DNA from: Paraspadella gotoi
Taxonomy: Eukaryota; Animalia; Chaetognatha
Length of the DNA stretch: 64,000 nt
Reading direction: 5' to 3'
Assembly (NCBI GenBank): GCA_051294375.1
Contig: CM119263.1
Location: 3,103,573-3,167,572 of the forward strand
Both the position numbers and the translations under genes were made by a program. Under the pieces are notes generated by a model, which did no database searches, was not told where the DNA came from, and saw only the letters and a program-made list of their open reading frames with translations. Below, in pieces: positions 1-14,198 of the stretch. The first letter of the stretch is position 1. Each line of letters begins with the position of its first letter.

Positions 1-31
1 GCCATCTTAATTTTATGAAATCCTGAGAGAG

Positions 32-91
<60 letters not shown>

Positions 92-2957
92 AGATGAGAG
101 AGTTCGTTTACTTTGTTCCTCATATACTCGTCATTTTATTCTGGCTTGAATAAAACAACTCCTGAGCTTTCACATCACTCTCTCTCTTTCTTCTCTCTCT
201 CTACTTCTCTTCTCTCTCTTCTCTCCGTGCCTTTCTCTCCTCTTCTCCTCTCCTCGCTCTTCTCTCTTCTCTCTCCTCTCTCTCTCTCTCTCTCTTCCTC
301 CCTTCCTGAGAGATGCGAGAGAGAGAGGTAGTGAATGCCACGAGTGAGTGTACGAGAATTATGAACGGAATATTAGATATGCGTCTAAAAATAGAATAAG
401 AGGAGCGGACAAAGAGAAGGGTTAATGAAGGCCGTAAAAAGCGATCGAAAAGGGAACCAGTGAGAAAAAGAGAAGGAAAAAAAGGGAAAAAAATGAGAGG
501 AAAAAGAAGGAGAATAAAAAAAAGGAAAGTGGACCTGTGAGAAAAAGCGAAGAAAAAAAGGAGAAAAAAAAAATAAAAGAAAAGCTTAGAAAACGAAAAA
601 AGAAAAAGTAAGGACTTCCGGTCAGCCTCCGCCTTACCATTTCCTTACCTCAGCTCGGCGGAGGTGGGTCCGCTCCACGGCGGCCGCGAAATTCCTTTCC
701 TCGCCTTCAACAGTTGCTCCGAAAATCTGCGAGGAGGAAATGAGAAAAAAAATAAGAAAAGGAAATAAGGAAAGGAATGAGGGGGGGGAAAGAATTGAAT
801 GAAGAGAGAAAAAAGAAGAAAAAATATAAAAAGAAAATGAAAGGAAAAAAAAGAGAAAGAAAAAGAAAATGGAAATTGAGGGGGAAAATAAAAGAAAATA
901 AAGGGAAAGTAAATGATGATGAAAAAAAGAAGAAAAAAAATGAAAAGAAAGAAAAGAATGATGAAAAAAATAAGAATAAAGATGAAGAGAAAAAAAAGAA
1001 GGAAAAAAAAATAAGGAAAGAAAAAAATGAAGAGAAAGAAAAGAATGATGAAAAAAAGAAGAAAAAAAAATGAAGAGAAAGAAAAGAATGAAAAAAAGGA
1101 AAGAAAAAAATGAAAAGAAAGAAAAGAATGATGAAAAAAAGAAGAAAAAAAATGAAGAGAAAAAAAAGAAGGAAAAAAAAAGAAGGAAAGAAAAAAATGA
1201 AAAGAAAGAAAATAATGATCAAAAAAAGAAGAAAAAAATGAAGAGAAAGAAAAAAATGAAAAAAAATGAAAGAAAAAAATGAAGAGAAAGAAAAGAATGA
1301 TTAAAAAAAGAAGAAAAAAATGAAGAGAAAGAAAAGAATGAAAAAAAAGGAAAGAAAAAAAATGAAGAGAAAGAAAAGAATCATGAAAAAAAGAGAAAAG
1401 AAAAAAAGAAAAGAAAGAAATGATTAAAGGAGAAAACAAATGAAATTAAAAAAAAAAACAAATTCGCGAGAGACTGAGATCTTCTTCCCAAACAATCACT
1501 CCTCTCTCTCCCTCGTTTCTCTCTCCCTCGTTTCTCTCTCCCTCCTCTCTCTCTCCCTCCNNNNNNNNNNNNNNNNNNNNNNNNNNNNNNNNNNNNNNNN
1601 NNNNNNNNNNNNNNNNNNNNNNNNNNNNNNNNNNNNNNNNNNNNNNNNNNNNNNNNNNNNNNNNNNNNNNNNNNNNNNNNNNNNNNNNNNNNNNNNNNNN
1701 NNNNNNNNNNNNNNNNNNNNNNNNNNNNNNNNNNNNNNNNNNNNNNNNNNNNNNNNNNNNNNNNNNNNNNNNNNNNNNNNNNNNNNNNNNNNNNNNNNNN
1801 NNNNNNNNNNNNNNNNNNNNNNNNNNNNNNNNNNNNNNNNNNNNNNNNNNNNNNNNNNNNNNNNNNNNNNNNNNNNNNNNNNNNNNNNNNNNNNNNNNNN
1901 NNNNNNNNNNNNNNNNNNNNNNNNNNNNNNNNNNNNNNNNNNNNNNNNNNNNNNNNNNNNNNNNNNNNNNNNNNNNNNNNNNNNNNNNNNNNNNNNNNNN
2001 NNNNNNNNNNNNNNNNNNNNNNNNNNNNNNNNNNNNNNNNNNNNNNNNNNNNNNNNNNNNNNNNNNNNNNNNNNNNNNNNNNNNNNNNNNNNNNNNNNNN
2101 NNNNNNNNNNNNNNNNNNNNNNNNNNNNNNNNNNNNNNNNNNNNNNNNNNNNNNNNNNNNNNNNNNNNNNNNNNNNNNNNNNNNNNNNNNNNNNNNNNNN
2201 NNNNNNNNNNNNNNNNNNNNNNNNNNNNNNNNNNNNNNNNNNNNNNNNNNNNNNNNNNNNNNNNNNNNNNNNNNNNNNNNNNNNNNNNNNNNNNNNNNNN
2301 NNNNNNNNNNNNNNNNNNNNNNNNNNNNNNNNNNNNNNNNNNNNNNNNNNNNNNNNNNNNNNNNNNNNNNNNNNNNNNNNNNNNNNNNNNNNNNNNNNNN
2401 NNNNNNNNNNNNNNNNNNNNNNNNNNNNNNNNNNNNNNNNNNNNNNNNNNNNNNNNNNGGGAGAGAGAAAGGGGGAGAGAGAAAGAGGAGAGAGAAAGTG
2501 GGGTGAAGGAGGTGAGGGGTTGAGGAGTTGAAGACGAACCCAAAATTTGACCCAAACTTCTTTTGGGATTCTTCTTTTTTTTTTCTATTTAATGGTCAAT
2601 GGAGTTTTTTTTCTCCAACACACCGGCCTTTCCTTCTCTTCTTCTTCTTCTAGAAGTTTTTTAACGAATAAATGGATTTTCTTTTTCATTTTTGATTATA
2701 ACGCGAAATTATAATATAATATGTTTTGTTATTTCTCTCTTGTCAATCCCTCCCGATCAAACTATCTACAACAACAACAACACACACACACGCTCCCTCA
2801 CACACTATCAACAACAACAACGACGACGACTCACCTCCTATGATGCACGCATTTTCTCATGTCCTCTTCAAAAGTTTCTTGCAACATTTCCTCATTGAAG
2901 TTGAAGCGCAAGAGATTCTCGGTACGGTCAGAGCGAGAGAGGCGAAGCTGGTGTGAT

Positions 2958-3032
<75 letters not shown>

Positions 3033-6000
3033 AGAGAGAGGGGGGGGGAACGTCTAAAGCCGAAAAGACTTCACCCAATAAAATGTCATATCCTTTTTTC
3101 ATATTTTCGAATTCGAGCGACTTTTTTTTTAGGATTTAAATCGAGAAAAAAAGAAAGAAATATTTTTTCTTTATTTTATGGACCTTCATGAATAAAATGG
3201 CAAAATAGAGACTTTGGTCTTTTATTTCGCGGACACACACTTTCTCTCTCTCTGCCACGTACCCCCGAGTCAGTCTTCGATCCCCCGGCAAAGGCGGCAG
3301 CGGCAGCTGCGGGAGCGCTTCCACTGCGACGCGGCGGCGGGCGCGGAGGAAAGAATTTGTTTCTCAAATGTAAAAAGTCCTCATTAAACTGTTTCATTCC
3401 ATTTCATCATTGTTATTTTCAGGTGAAATAAAATCATTTTCTTTCATTTTTTTTATTAATGCATATCTTCTGGGTAACTAAATGCATTACCTTACCATGA
3501 GCAAAGTCAGCAGCACTCATCTTCTAACTCCAGATAGAATAGATCCAATAATTGTGGGCAATAATGTACCAATTAAAGCTGCTAAAAAACCCTCCTTTCT
3601 GAGAAAAAATTTCTTTTTCGTTTTTTTATACCATGTCGTTTTTCAGAAGAATTATAATTTGTTTCCTATATTTTTTCATTTGATTAAATTTTGTGGGGTC
3701 ACTTTATATTCCTCTATAAAATTAAACATATTTCACTTAAAGCTTTCATAATTCATTTCCAGCCCCTTTATAAAGGGACTTCTGTCCTTTGGTGTTAAAT
3801 CGCGAAGATATCCAAAACTGGAATATGACGTTTAATTCTTGAATCACTCGATGGTAAATGCACTTTTATACAATCACTTCCTTTTATTTAATTTGGAATG
3901 AATACATCATATCTTCACCTGGAAAAATTTTAGTTCTCAATCGAATCTTATCATCCTGATTTGGTTTTGAATCAATAAACAATATGATAATTTTCTCTAG
4001 TTGCAGAATTATATGCTCAACAAAAAATTGACTTTTCTTGGATACATTTGCGATCCTAAACAAATGAATGAACTCCTGTCGCGAGGATTTTTCAAAAATT
4101 ACATTATATGTAGTATCAATGAAATTGTTCTCATACATTTTAAATCGAATAATATAAATTATGAATATAAAAATGTGATTTATTTTACGATGATGACTTA
4201 ATACTGTAAATATTTTTAATAAATATTTTTGAATCAATATCAAGCATCAAATCATCAGTACAGTAAGACAGATCGATTTTTTAATTTTTCTTCAGCTATA
4301 ATTGACTCATCAAATCCTTTAATGAAAATTAACCCCCTTTACTTCTTTAAACCTTGCTGATATTCTTATAACAAAAATAATTATATCAATTGGAGGGGAT
4401 ATCATAACAGATGCATTCTACTATCATGTCGTATCACAAACTCACTTTTTCCCAGTTTGTTGATCCAGAAATCACCATATTAAATGGTTGAAAAATTTGA
4501 ACATTGTGAAGTTTTCCATTTTGAAATATTATTATAAAAAATTTTAAGACACAATGATTTTAAATACTTTTACACATTGATGATTTGAATAGTGTCAAAA
4601 TCAAAAAGACGAATTTCATTCAAATAGTTCTAATATCTTATCAAAACTTCTGGTGATTCCTTCTCCATCTCTCCTGTTAACGAATTTACTTTTGAAGCTT
4701 CATTAAAGTATTACTTGTGCCAAAACGCATTTCCGTGAAATTATAGTGTGATATTTAATTCTTTCCCCTACATCTTGTAAGAGTTTATTTAATGCTCCTA
4801 AATTTCAAGGGCAACATTTGCATTATCTACAGAATAAAAATTACAACAAAGACGAAACAAAACATCCATAGCAAAATCTATCTTTTGAGAGCATTTAACT
4901 ATTATTTCACGTATCTATAAATTTCACCTTTATCTTCCTGTACTTCACCAATCTCTTCCAAGTTCAAAATGTTTCATTTCCATTTTTTGAATTTCCATCA
5001 GACGAACTTCGTGTCTTTCTATAAGTTCTTTTCTTAATCTTTCATTTTCTTCTTTTAAAATTTAACCTCCATTTGATTTGCAGTTTCAAGTTCCGATTGA
5101 TTTTAGTGCCGAACATAATTCTACACTATTCATTGCACGTGGAGAAAAATAGCTCCTTCCATTTGTTTTGGAGTGATCGAATATTCTTTCACCTTTTATC
5201 CTCCTGGTCAATCTCAAAGACGATCAACACATTAATCACGTGACTTCACGGCCAATCTTGAAGACTTCTCTTCCTTCTCCATGATCCATTATCCACGTGA
5301 TCATCAATGACATTCGACTTCAAAATGACCATCCTATGACTCACGGACTTAACCAATGTTCTCTTCCTTTCTAAGATCATTATCCACGTGACTTTAAGAA
5401 ATTGACATCAATGGCCATTCGACTTCAAAATGACCATCTATGACTCACGTGACTTAACGAATTTTCTCTTCCTTCTCCAAGATCCATTATCCACATGAAT
5501 CATCAATGACATCGACTTCAAAATGACCATCCTATGACTCACGTGACTTAAACGAATTTTCTCATCCTGCTCCAAGATCCATTATCCACGTGACTTTAAG
5601 AAAATGACCATTCACTTCAATATGACCATCCTATGACTCACGTGACTTAACGGATGTACTGACTTCCGGATCTCTCGAAGAATTCTTCAGGAATCGAGAT
5701 CGCGATCAATGAGGAGGAGAGGAGTAGGAAGAGGAAGAGGATAAATTGACCCTTAACCTATCCTCATGGTCCCATTCCCTTTATTTTCTTATGTTTGGTT
5801 TTAAAGGGACAGGATTACATACATTTTTTACATCTACTGAGAAGAAGAGGAGAGAGAAAGAGGAGAGAGAAAGAGGGAGAGAGAAAGAGGAAGAGAAAGA
5901 GGGAAGAGAAAGGGGAAGAGAAAGGGGGAGAGAGAAAGAGGAGAGAGAAGTGGGGTGAAGGAGGTGAGGGGTTGAGGAGTTGAAGACGAACCCAAAATTT

Positions 6001-6422
6001 GACCCAAACTTCTTTTGGGATTTTCTTTTTTTTTCTATTTAATGGTCAATGGAGTTTTTTTTTCTCCAACACACCGGCCTTTCCTTCTCTTCTTCTTCTT
6101 CTAGAAGTTTTTTAACGAATAAATGGATTTTCTTTTTCATTTTTGATTATAACGCGAAATTATAATATAATATGTTTTGTTATTTCTCTCTTGTCAATCC
6201 CTCCCGATCAAACTATCTACAACAACAACAACACACACACAGCGCTCCCTCACACACTATCAACAACAACAACGACGACGACTCACCTCCTATGATGCAC
6301 GCATTTTCTCATGTCCTCTTCAAAAGTTTCTTGCAACATTTCCTCATTGAAGTTGAAGCGCAAGAGATTCTCGGTACGGTCAGAGCGAGAGAGGCGAAGC
6401 TGGTGTGTGAGAGAGAGAGAGA

Positions 6423-6502
<80 letters not shown>

Positions 6503-6899
6503 GGAACGTCTAAAGCCGAAAAGACTTCACCCAATAAAATGTCATATCCTTTTTTCATATTTTCGAATTTCGAGCGACTTTTTTTTAGGATTTAAATCGA
6601 GAAAAAAAGAAAGAAATATTTTTTCTTTATTTTATGGACCTTCATGAATAAAATGGCAAAATAGAGACTTTGGTTCTTTTATTCGCGACACACACTTTCT
6701 CTCTCTCTGCCACGTACCCCCGAGTCAGTCTTCGATCCCCCGGCAAAGGCGCAGCGGCAGCTGCGGGAGCGCTTCCACTGCGACGCGGCGGCGGGCGCGG
6801 AGGAAAGAATTTGTTTCTCAAATGGCGACGAAAGATGCGTTCGCGATGCAGTTGATCAGCATTCATGTTGGTCGTGTCCTGAGAGAGAGAGAGGGAGAG

Positions 6900-6967
<68 letters not shown>

Positions 6968-6996
6968 AGCGNNNNNNNNNNNNNNNNNNNNNNNNN

Positions 6997-7028
<32 letters not shown>

Positions 7029-9981
7029 CGTTTCGTTATTCATTCTCCATTTCACAAACTCGAGTCTCAATAATCAGACAACGACACGAAAAACTGTCAC
7101 GAGTCTGAATTGCAATCTGCAAAGAAACCAATCGTGAGGCTCAAGTTTTTTTCTTCGCCTCAAATACTCGTTGACAGTAGAGGGGTCATTGCTCTCTCTT
7201 AGACATTGGTCTCTTCTCTGTTGGTCATTGGTCTCTTCTCTCTTGGTCATTGGTCTCTTCTCTCTTGGTCATTGGTCTCTTCTCTCAGACTCCTTGCTCA
7301 TTTTCTTGGGGCAGCATTGGATTTATTGCGCTGAATATTTGCAGACCAATCGTTGCATTTATCATCGCATTCCCTTAATCATCGGCACTCCAGTATTTAT
7401 TGGCAGTCATGCCAATGTTGCAATCATTAGTCGCTCCTTGCATCAATTACAGATGTTATTGTATGCATTTTCTGCTTCTCAGTCGCGTCGTTCACCACTC
7501 AATCGTCACAATTCACCCAAATACTCGGCCCATTTCGGTTGCTTGGCAACGAAAAATGGAAGGAACTCAAAACTATTTGGCATTCAGTTGATCCTTTGAC
7601 CTTTTCGTCTTTTTTCTCCCCGAAAGAAATGAGAAATGAGAATTTTTTTTCGAACGCAACCTCCATTAGTTTTCAAAAGTAAGTAAATCGTGAAAAGCCA
7701 AACTCAGAATCACGAAAGAGTTAAGGACTTTTGACTAGGTAAGTTAGTAAATCGAAGAAGAGGGAGTGAATTGAATATGTCTCAACGCGACAATCTCTCA
7801 TCAACGCGCCATCTAACCTTAACGCGCCATACCATCTCGCAACAACGCTCCGTGCAATCTAAGCTCAACGCGCCATGCCATCTCACCTTTGGTTGGTAGT
7901 AAACGGCTGGCATCGCCGGCAACCTCTCTCCGTCCAAGAGATCGATAGGCATCCGTTTCGGCGCCGCCAGGGCCGACAAAGACGACGCCGTTGGGCCGAC
8001 CCGAATCTCGACCGAACGCCGATCCTGAGGAAGAAGATTTCAAGTCAGCATCCGATGCGTCGCTGATTATAAGGATTAGGATGGATTTAAAGGGCAGAAG
8101 GATTGAGAAGGAAAGATTTAAGTCGGGTTGCCTGTGACGCTCAGCTCGTTGTCACATCTCTCATCAAAAAAGAAAAATAAAAGGGAAAAAAAGAATAGAA
8201 ATAGAATAACATATCAAAACATTGGTTGTAAATAATCGTAACAATGGGAACAATAATGTTGCCACAAATTCGCTTAAAAATCTTTCGCGACAAACGTGAA
8301 ATATGTTATAAATATCTGAGCAACCAAAAGATTTACGTAATTTTCGCACCCTGTCCCATCTTAATGTTACACCGCGATAGTTACTAGCCGTGCTAACATC
8401 ACCATTTTGGTCTTTAACAAGGGGAACAATCACAATTTAATGTGATGATTTTGATAAAAAAAGTTTTCAAATGCGCCAACCCGCCACAAAAACTTTGAAC
8501 AAGGCGGTCGTCGATGTCGTCGTTGTCGTCGTCGTTGTCGTCGTTGTTGTGGTTGTCGTTGTTATTGTCATTGTCACTCTTGCATATTCCTCACTTTGCG
8601 AAGAGATTCAACCTCCGAGCGGCGCTTCTCCGCGGACGAGACGTCGCCGGCGGCGCTCCTGGATTTGTGAGGGCTCGAATTAGAAGGTTGGATTTATGGG
8701 GGCAGCATTTAGGATTTAGAGGTGACGGGATTTAGAGGGAGGGTATTTGGAAGGATGGATTTAAAGGGCAGAAGAATTTACAGGGATAGATTTAAATTTC
8801 AGAGGGGAAGAATTATATGAGAGGGCGATCAACAGATCGAAAATACCAAGAAATAAAAATTTGCTTCGCCGTCTGATTTTTAATTATTTGACAAATTGCG
8901 AATGTCAAACGAACTAAAAACGCGTCAAAAAAAAAAAAAAAAGGCGCCACCTGTGTTTGGCCAAAGTTCTGACCGACTTTTCCTTCGAGGCCGACAAAGC
9001 CGACGTCGTCCCTTTCCCCGCTCTCGCCTCCGTCTCTCCTTTCCTTCCAACGTCTCCTTCAGCTCCGGACGACTGCTGATGCGACTGTTGCTGCTGACGC
9101 TGCTTGGATTTGTCTCTCGCTGCCGCGTCAGACTGCTGCTGCGACTGCGGCTTCGCTGCGTCCGGTTTTTGACGCTTCGTCTCTTTCGTCGTTTCCTTCG
9201 CCTCCACCAATCGAGATCGTCGCGGCGCCCTGGGCGTGGCGGCGCGGGCGACGCCGCTCGTTCCGACGGAACCGGTCGTCGTCGTCGTGGTCGTCTTCGT
9301 CGTCGCCTTCAGCGGTTCGCTTTTCGTCGCAGTCAAACTTCGTCCTTTCGTCGCTTTATTCGTCGTCGTCGTCGTCGTCCCAACCGCTTCAGACGTCCGT
9401 CGTCCCAAGACGCCCTTGGTGAAGGTCACCTTCAGCGGCACCTCGACGCTCCGCGGCCGCTTCGGCGGCGCAATATTCAGCATCGGGCCGGCTTTGTTTG
9501 CGCTGCCGCTCCCGACTTCGCCGCCGCCGACGCCGCGTCCCCGCCGCTGGTCTCCGTCGTATAACTCGAAGGAATCAGCGACGAAGTGAAGCAGCGGATG
9601 ATCCTCTTCGTCTTCCTCCTCTTCCGTCCCGCGAGAGGTGGACGCCGCCGCAGCGCCGACGCTGCCGCCGACCGCAGCAGGGGCAGCCTCGGATCCTTCG
9701 CCCTCTTCGTCAACCTCGTGGATGACGGGCAGTTGGAATTGCTCCATCGTCACCTTCAACGGATTCTCGTCGCTTCCGTAGACGATGAACTTCCGGTTGC
9801 CGAGGACTCGAGCGGCGGCGGCGGCGGCGTCGGAAGCGGCGCTGTCGGGGGCAGCGGCGGCGGAGGTGGAATCTTGATTGGCGTTTTCTTTCTCATCCGT
9901 TTTGTCGCTTCGATCTTTGGCGGCGACGGCGTCTGTATGAGGAAGTAGAAATTGGATCGTCGAGTAGAGAGAGAGAGAGAG

Positions 9982-10062
<81 letters not shown>

Positions 10063-11607
10063 CAGCCCTCACCCTCATCGGCGTCGTCGTTGCCATCCGG
10101 CGTCTTCTCGGCAACCGACGCCGCTTCGTCCGTCAAAGATGAGACTTGACCGGACGAAGGATCCGTTGCTTCGCCGATTTCCTTCTCCCTCTCTTCTCCT
10201 TTCTTTCCTTTCTCCTCCACCTCCTCTTCTCTCTCTCTCCTCTCTTCCTCCTCCTCATCTCTCTCCTTCCTCTCCTCCTCTTCCTCCTCGAGATTCGGCG
10301 AAGGAGTCGAAGAGGATTCAGGCGGATCTGAGGAGGTGAAGAAGAAAAGGAAGAGGAAGAAAAGGAGGAGGAAGGAGAGAAGGGAAAATTAGAGGAGGAA
10401 GAGGAAGATGAAGTGGAGGAAAACGAATATGAGGAGGAAGAGGAGGAGGAGGAGGAAAAGGAATATGAGGAGGAAGAAGAAGAAAAAGAAGAGGAGGAAA
10501 AACAGGAGGAAGAAGAGAAGGGAAAATTAGAGGAGGAAGAGGAAGATGAAGTGGAGGAAAACGAATATGAGGAGAAAGAGGAGGAGGAGAAGGAGGAAAA
10601 GGAATATGAGGAAGAAGAAGAAGAAGAAGAAGAAGAAGAAGAAGAAGAAGAAGAGGAGAAAGAAGAGGAGGGGGAAGATGAAAAGGAGGAGGAAGAGGAA
10701 AAGGAATATGAGGAGGAAAAAGAAAAAGAAGAGGAGGAGGAAAGAGAGGAGGGGGAAGAAGAGGAGGAAGAGGAAAAAGAAGTGGAGGAGGAAGAGGAAA
10801 ACGAATATGAGGAGGAAGAGGAGGAGGAGAAAAGGGAGGAAGAGGAAGAGGAAAACGATCATGAGGAGAAAGAAGAAGAGAAGGAAGAAGAAGAGGAGGA
10901 GAAGGAAGGGTAGAGAGATTGAAAGAGAACTTGGTCTTCAGCTCAACGACTTTAATGAAATGTTAAATTAATGGTTGGTCATCTGTCCGTCTGTCAGTTG
11001 GTCAGCGAAATTCTATTTAATGCACATTCATCAGTTTATATTGCGGTCATGAGACTGAACAGTGGCCTATGCATGTTAATCGCTTTTAAATTTCTTTTGC
11101 GAGTCAAAATATCATATTACGAGACAAAATATCACTTCGCAAGTTAAAATTCCCTTTTTCAAGTAAATATGTCACTTCGCAAGTTAACAAATCACTTTCG
11201 CAAGTGAACATATCATTTTGCCAAATAAAATTCCTCTTCCAAGTTAAAATAATATTTGACAAATCCAATTTATGATCCTGACCCAATACGTGATCTTCCT
11301 CCGCTTCGTCGCGAGCGAATCTCTCCGAGAAAAGCATCTCACCTCTGTTCGTCTCTTCGTCAGTGAGACTCACCTGAGAGAGAAAAAGGAGAGTTTTCTT
11401 GACCTTACCTCAATTTTCCTTTCCTCACCCGCTCGATTCATCTCCCTCCCTCACCTGGTACGCGGATTCGGCAAAATGAAGCGAGCATTCATCTGCGGCT
11501 GAAGAATTTGGTGAGGATCTGTGGACATGTGTGTTGTCGTGTGTGTGTGTGAGAGATGAAGGAGATGAGAGAGCGAGAGATGAGAGAGAGAGAGAGAGAG
11601 AGAGATA

Positions 11608-11639
<32 letters not shown>

Positions 11640-13911
11640 TAAGATTTCCTTGATTCGATAGAAACTTTCACGATCGATTTCGGTTCTAATTTCTCTTCGA
11701 TTCGTTTTTTCTTCTTTTCGATTTCGGTTCTAATTTTTTTTTTACTTCCCTTTTTTTCCTCAGGCCCACATTACACAACAATGTTCGATACAAACATACA
11801 ACTTGTTATAAACTCTTCTTTAAAACATTCTCCGACCTACTTCTCATTCTGACCGAGATTTGACAGTGACTTATTTTTCCTCTCATCTCATCACTTTGCC
11901 TGAATCTCGCCCTTTCTTTCCTTTTATTCCCTTTCCTTTCCTCCCACTCCCTCTCCTCTCTCTCTTTTTCTACATTTTCTTTCTTTCGTCCCTCTCCATC
12001 TCCCCTCCCTCCCTCTCCCCCTCCCTCTCTCACTCCCTTCCTCCCTTCCTCTCTCTCTCCCTCTCTCCTTCCCTTCCTCCCTCCTTCTCTCCCTCTCCTC
12101 ACTCCCTCTCCTCCCTCTTTCCCTCTCTCCCTCCCCCCTCCCTTCCTCACCTGGACACCAATGAGGATGTGCTCACGTTGGGTTCGTTCAGTCTCCTGTC
12201 TCTCGGGCTTCGGCCGTCGATCCTTCCTTCGCCCGCCGCGTCCTTTCCTGCTCCGCCGCCGCCGCCGCCGACGCCGCTGCTGCTCCGCCCCTCGTTCCTG
12301 CTGTTGCATCGACTTTCGTCGCTGCTGCCGTCGTTCTTTCCGCCGTCGACGCCGCCGCCGCCGCCGCCGCAGACGACGCCGACGACTCTGTCAATCCCGT
12401 CGCGTCCGTCTCCGCCTCCGGGGGTCAGAGTCTTATTTTCCTCGACTTCGTCCGCCATCTTGGTTTCTCCTCCTCCTCCTCCTCCTCCACCTCCTCCTCC
12501 TCTTCCTCTTCCTCTTCGTTCAAATTGAGAAGAAGAAGCTAAAACGAAGGCAAAGAATTAGATGAGTTTATCACCTGTGGGCTACTTGCTCATTGTGATC
12601 ACCTCCTATCTGTCCTTAATCCCATTCACTTCATTGGATCATCTACAGGCGAATTGGATCATCTCCAGTGTCTCTAATCCCATTCACTTCATTGGATCAT
12701 CTACAGGCTGATTGCATCACCCTAATCCAATTCATTTTTTATCTAAACATCTCCTGGCTGCTTGATAACCCTAATTTTTTTACTGACATTCGCTCACCTT
12801 TTCTTCAAATCTCTTTTCTATTTCTTTAATAATTTAATATTTTAACCAAATTATCTCGCAGATTTAATCTTCTCTCTCCATTGACTAAACTGCCTTCAAA
12901 ATTGTCGAAGATTAATTTGTGAATCATCTCAAATGAGATTCAGTTATTCAATCGCATTTGCATATTGTCGTGTTTTAAATGACTTGAAATTAAATTTATA
13001 TTCTAATACCTTAAAGGTTTTATATTTCTATTTTAAATTTTCAAATTAATTACGCGATCCAATCTTCGTTATCAAAGCAATGGGTCCGTCAATTAATAAG
13101 TCAAACCTCATTACTCAACTCTATCGATTATCCTTACCCATTGGGTAAGGATAATCGATAATACCCAACTCCCCTCTACTTCCCACCCGAAACCTTTCCT
13201 CACCATCGTTCAAATAATCGTCGTCGTCGCCGGCCCCCGCCTCGCCGCCTTCCCGCCCTTTGGAGGCGTCGAGTTCTGGAATCGATCGCGAGGCGGCGTT
13301 GTCGTCGCGCGGCGTCAGCAGCGACGACGCCGCCAGATTCTCGGCGCTCCTGAAGTCGGTCGTCGACGAATATCATTAGCCATATTTTCCGAAAGCGCCC
13401 CATTTCCGCTTAGGTTAAAGATTAAGTTAGAGGTTTAGTGTTTAGTTTATGGATTCGGTATGGGGATTGGGGATTAAGGATTAAGGTTGGGGATTAAGGT
13501 AAGGGATTAAGGTAAAATATTATGAATTACTTTTTCTTTTATATTTTATTTGCTTCTTTTATTTCCTATTTCCTTCTCTCTTTCTATCTCTTCCTCCCAT
13601 CTCCTTATTTCTTCCACCCTCTCCCCCCCCCCTCTATCCGAACCTCAACGTCTTGACGGAGAGGTCCACATCCGGCGCGCAGTCTCCGAAACCGGCGTCG
13701 CGGCGTCGATCGGCCCGACTTCGCCGGAATTCGATGACGGCGCCGAAATCTTCGACGAGCGAAACTTCGCTGAGGGCGAAATCGAGATCGAGGCTGCGTC
13801 CCTCGGAGAGATCCTCCTCCGAAGCGCTTCGTGGGGGGGGGGCGGTGGGGTAATGGGGTTTCTTTCTGACCGTTTATATTCATTTTCATTTTTAGCATTT
13901 GTTTGTTTTGT

Positions 13912-13954
<43 letters not shown>

Positions 13955-13968
13955 TTTTTTATTTATAT

Positions 13969-14003
<35 letters not shown>

Positions 14004-14159
14004 TTTCTTATTTATTTATTTATTTATTTTATTTATTTATTTATTTATTCTGTTTTCAACTTATTTTTTTTATTCTTTTTTTGATGGTCTTCTTTCTTTT
14101 ATTTATTATTTTTGTTATTCTCTCCTTCATTCCTTTTACTCTTTTTTTCCTTTTTCTTC

Positions 14160-14198
<39 letters not shown>

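Larger units (their letters stand above)
3371..5838 (-). mobile_element. Polinton/Maverick (adintovirus-like) element fragment with one terminus
   Basis: AT-rich island lacking microsatellites. Minus strand encodes a frameshifted packaging ATPase followed by a small QKGGFL-ending ORF. The right boundary reads 5'-AGTAGATG on the minus strand, matching the AG/AGTAG termini of Polintons. Confidence 0.8.

Noticed and set aside
1440-2555. ORFs of 360+ aa, and similar ones at 19527-20551
   Set aside because: They only span N gaps.
3368-3376. ATGTAAAAA at the left Polinton junction resembling the right terminus, as a possible second TIR
   Set aside because: Only 9 bp of AT-rich match, lacking the terminal AGTAG, and it interrupts an ORF; more likely a truncation or assembly junction.
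5232-5655. CRISPR-like repeat array, also considered for 16592-16940
   Set aside because: Units are tandem with no unique spacers, there are no cas genes and the context is eukaryotic.
10413-10971. Long poly-Glu and poly-Arg/Lys ORFs on the + strand
   Set aside because: GAG/GAA-rich low-complexity tract inside an intron of the minus-strand gene; open in several frames, with no splice or start context.
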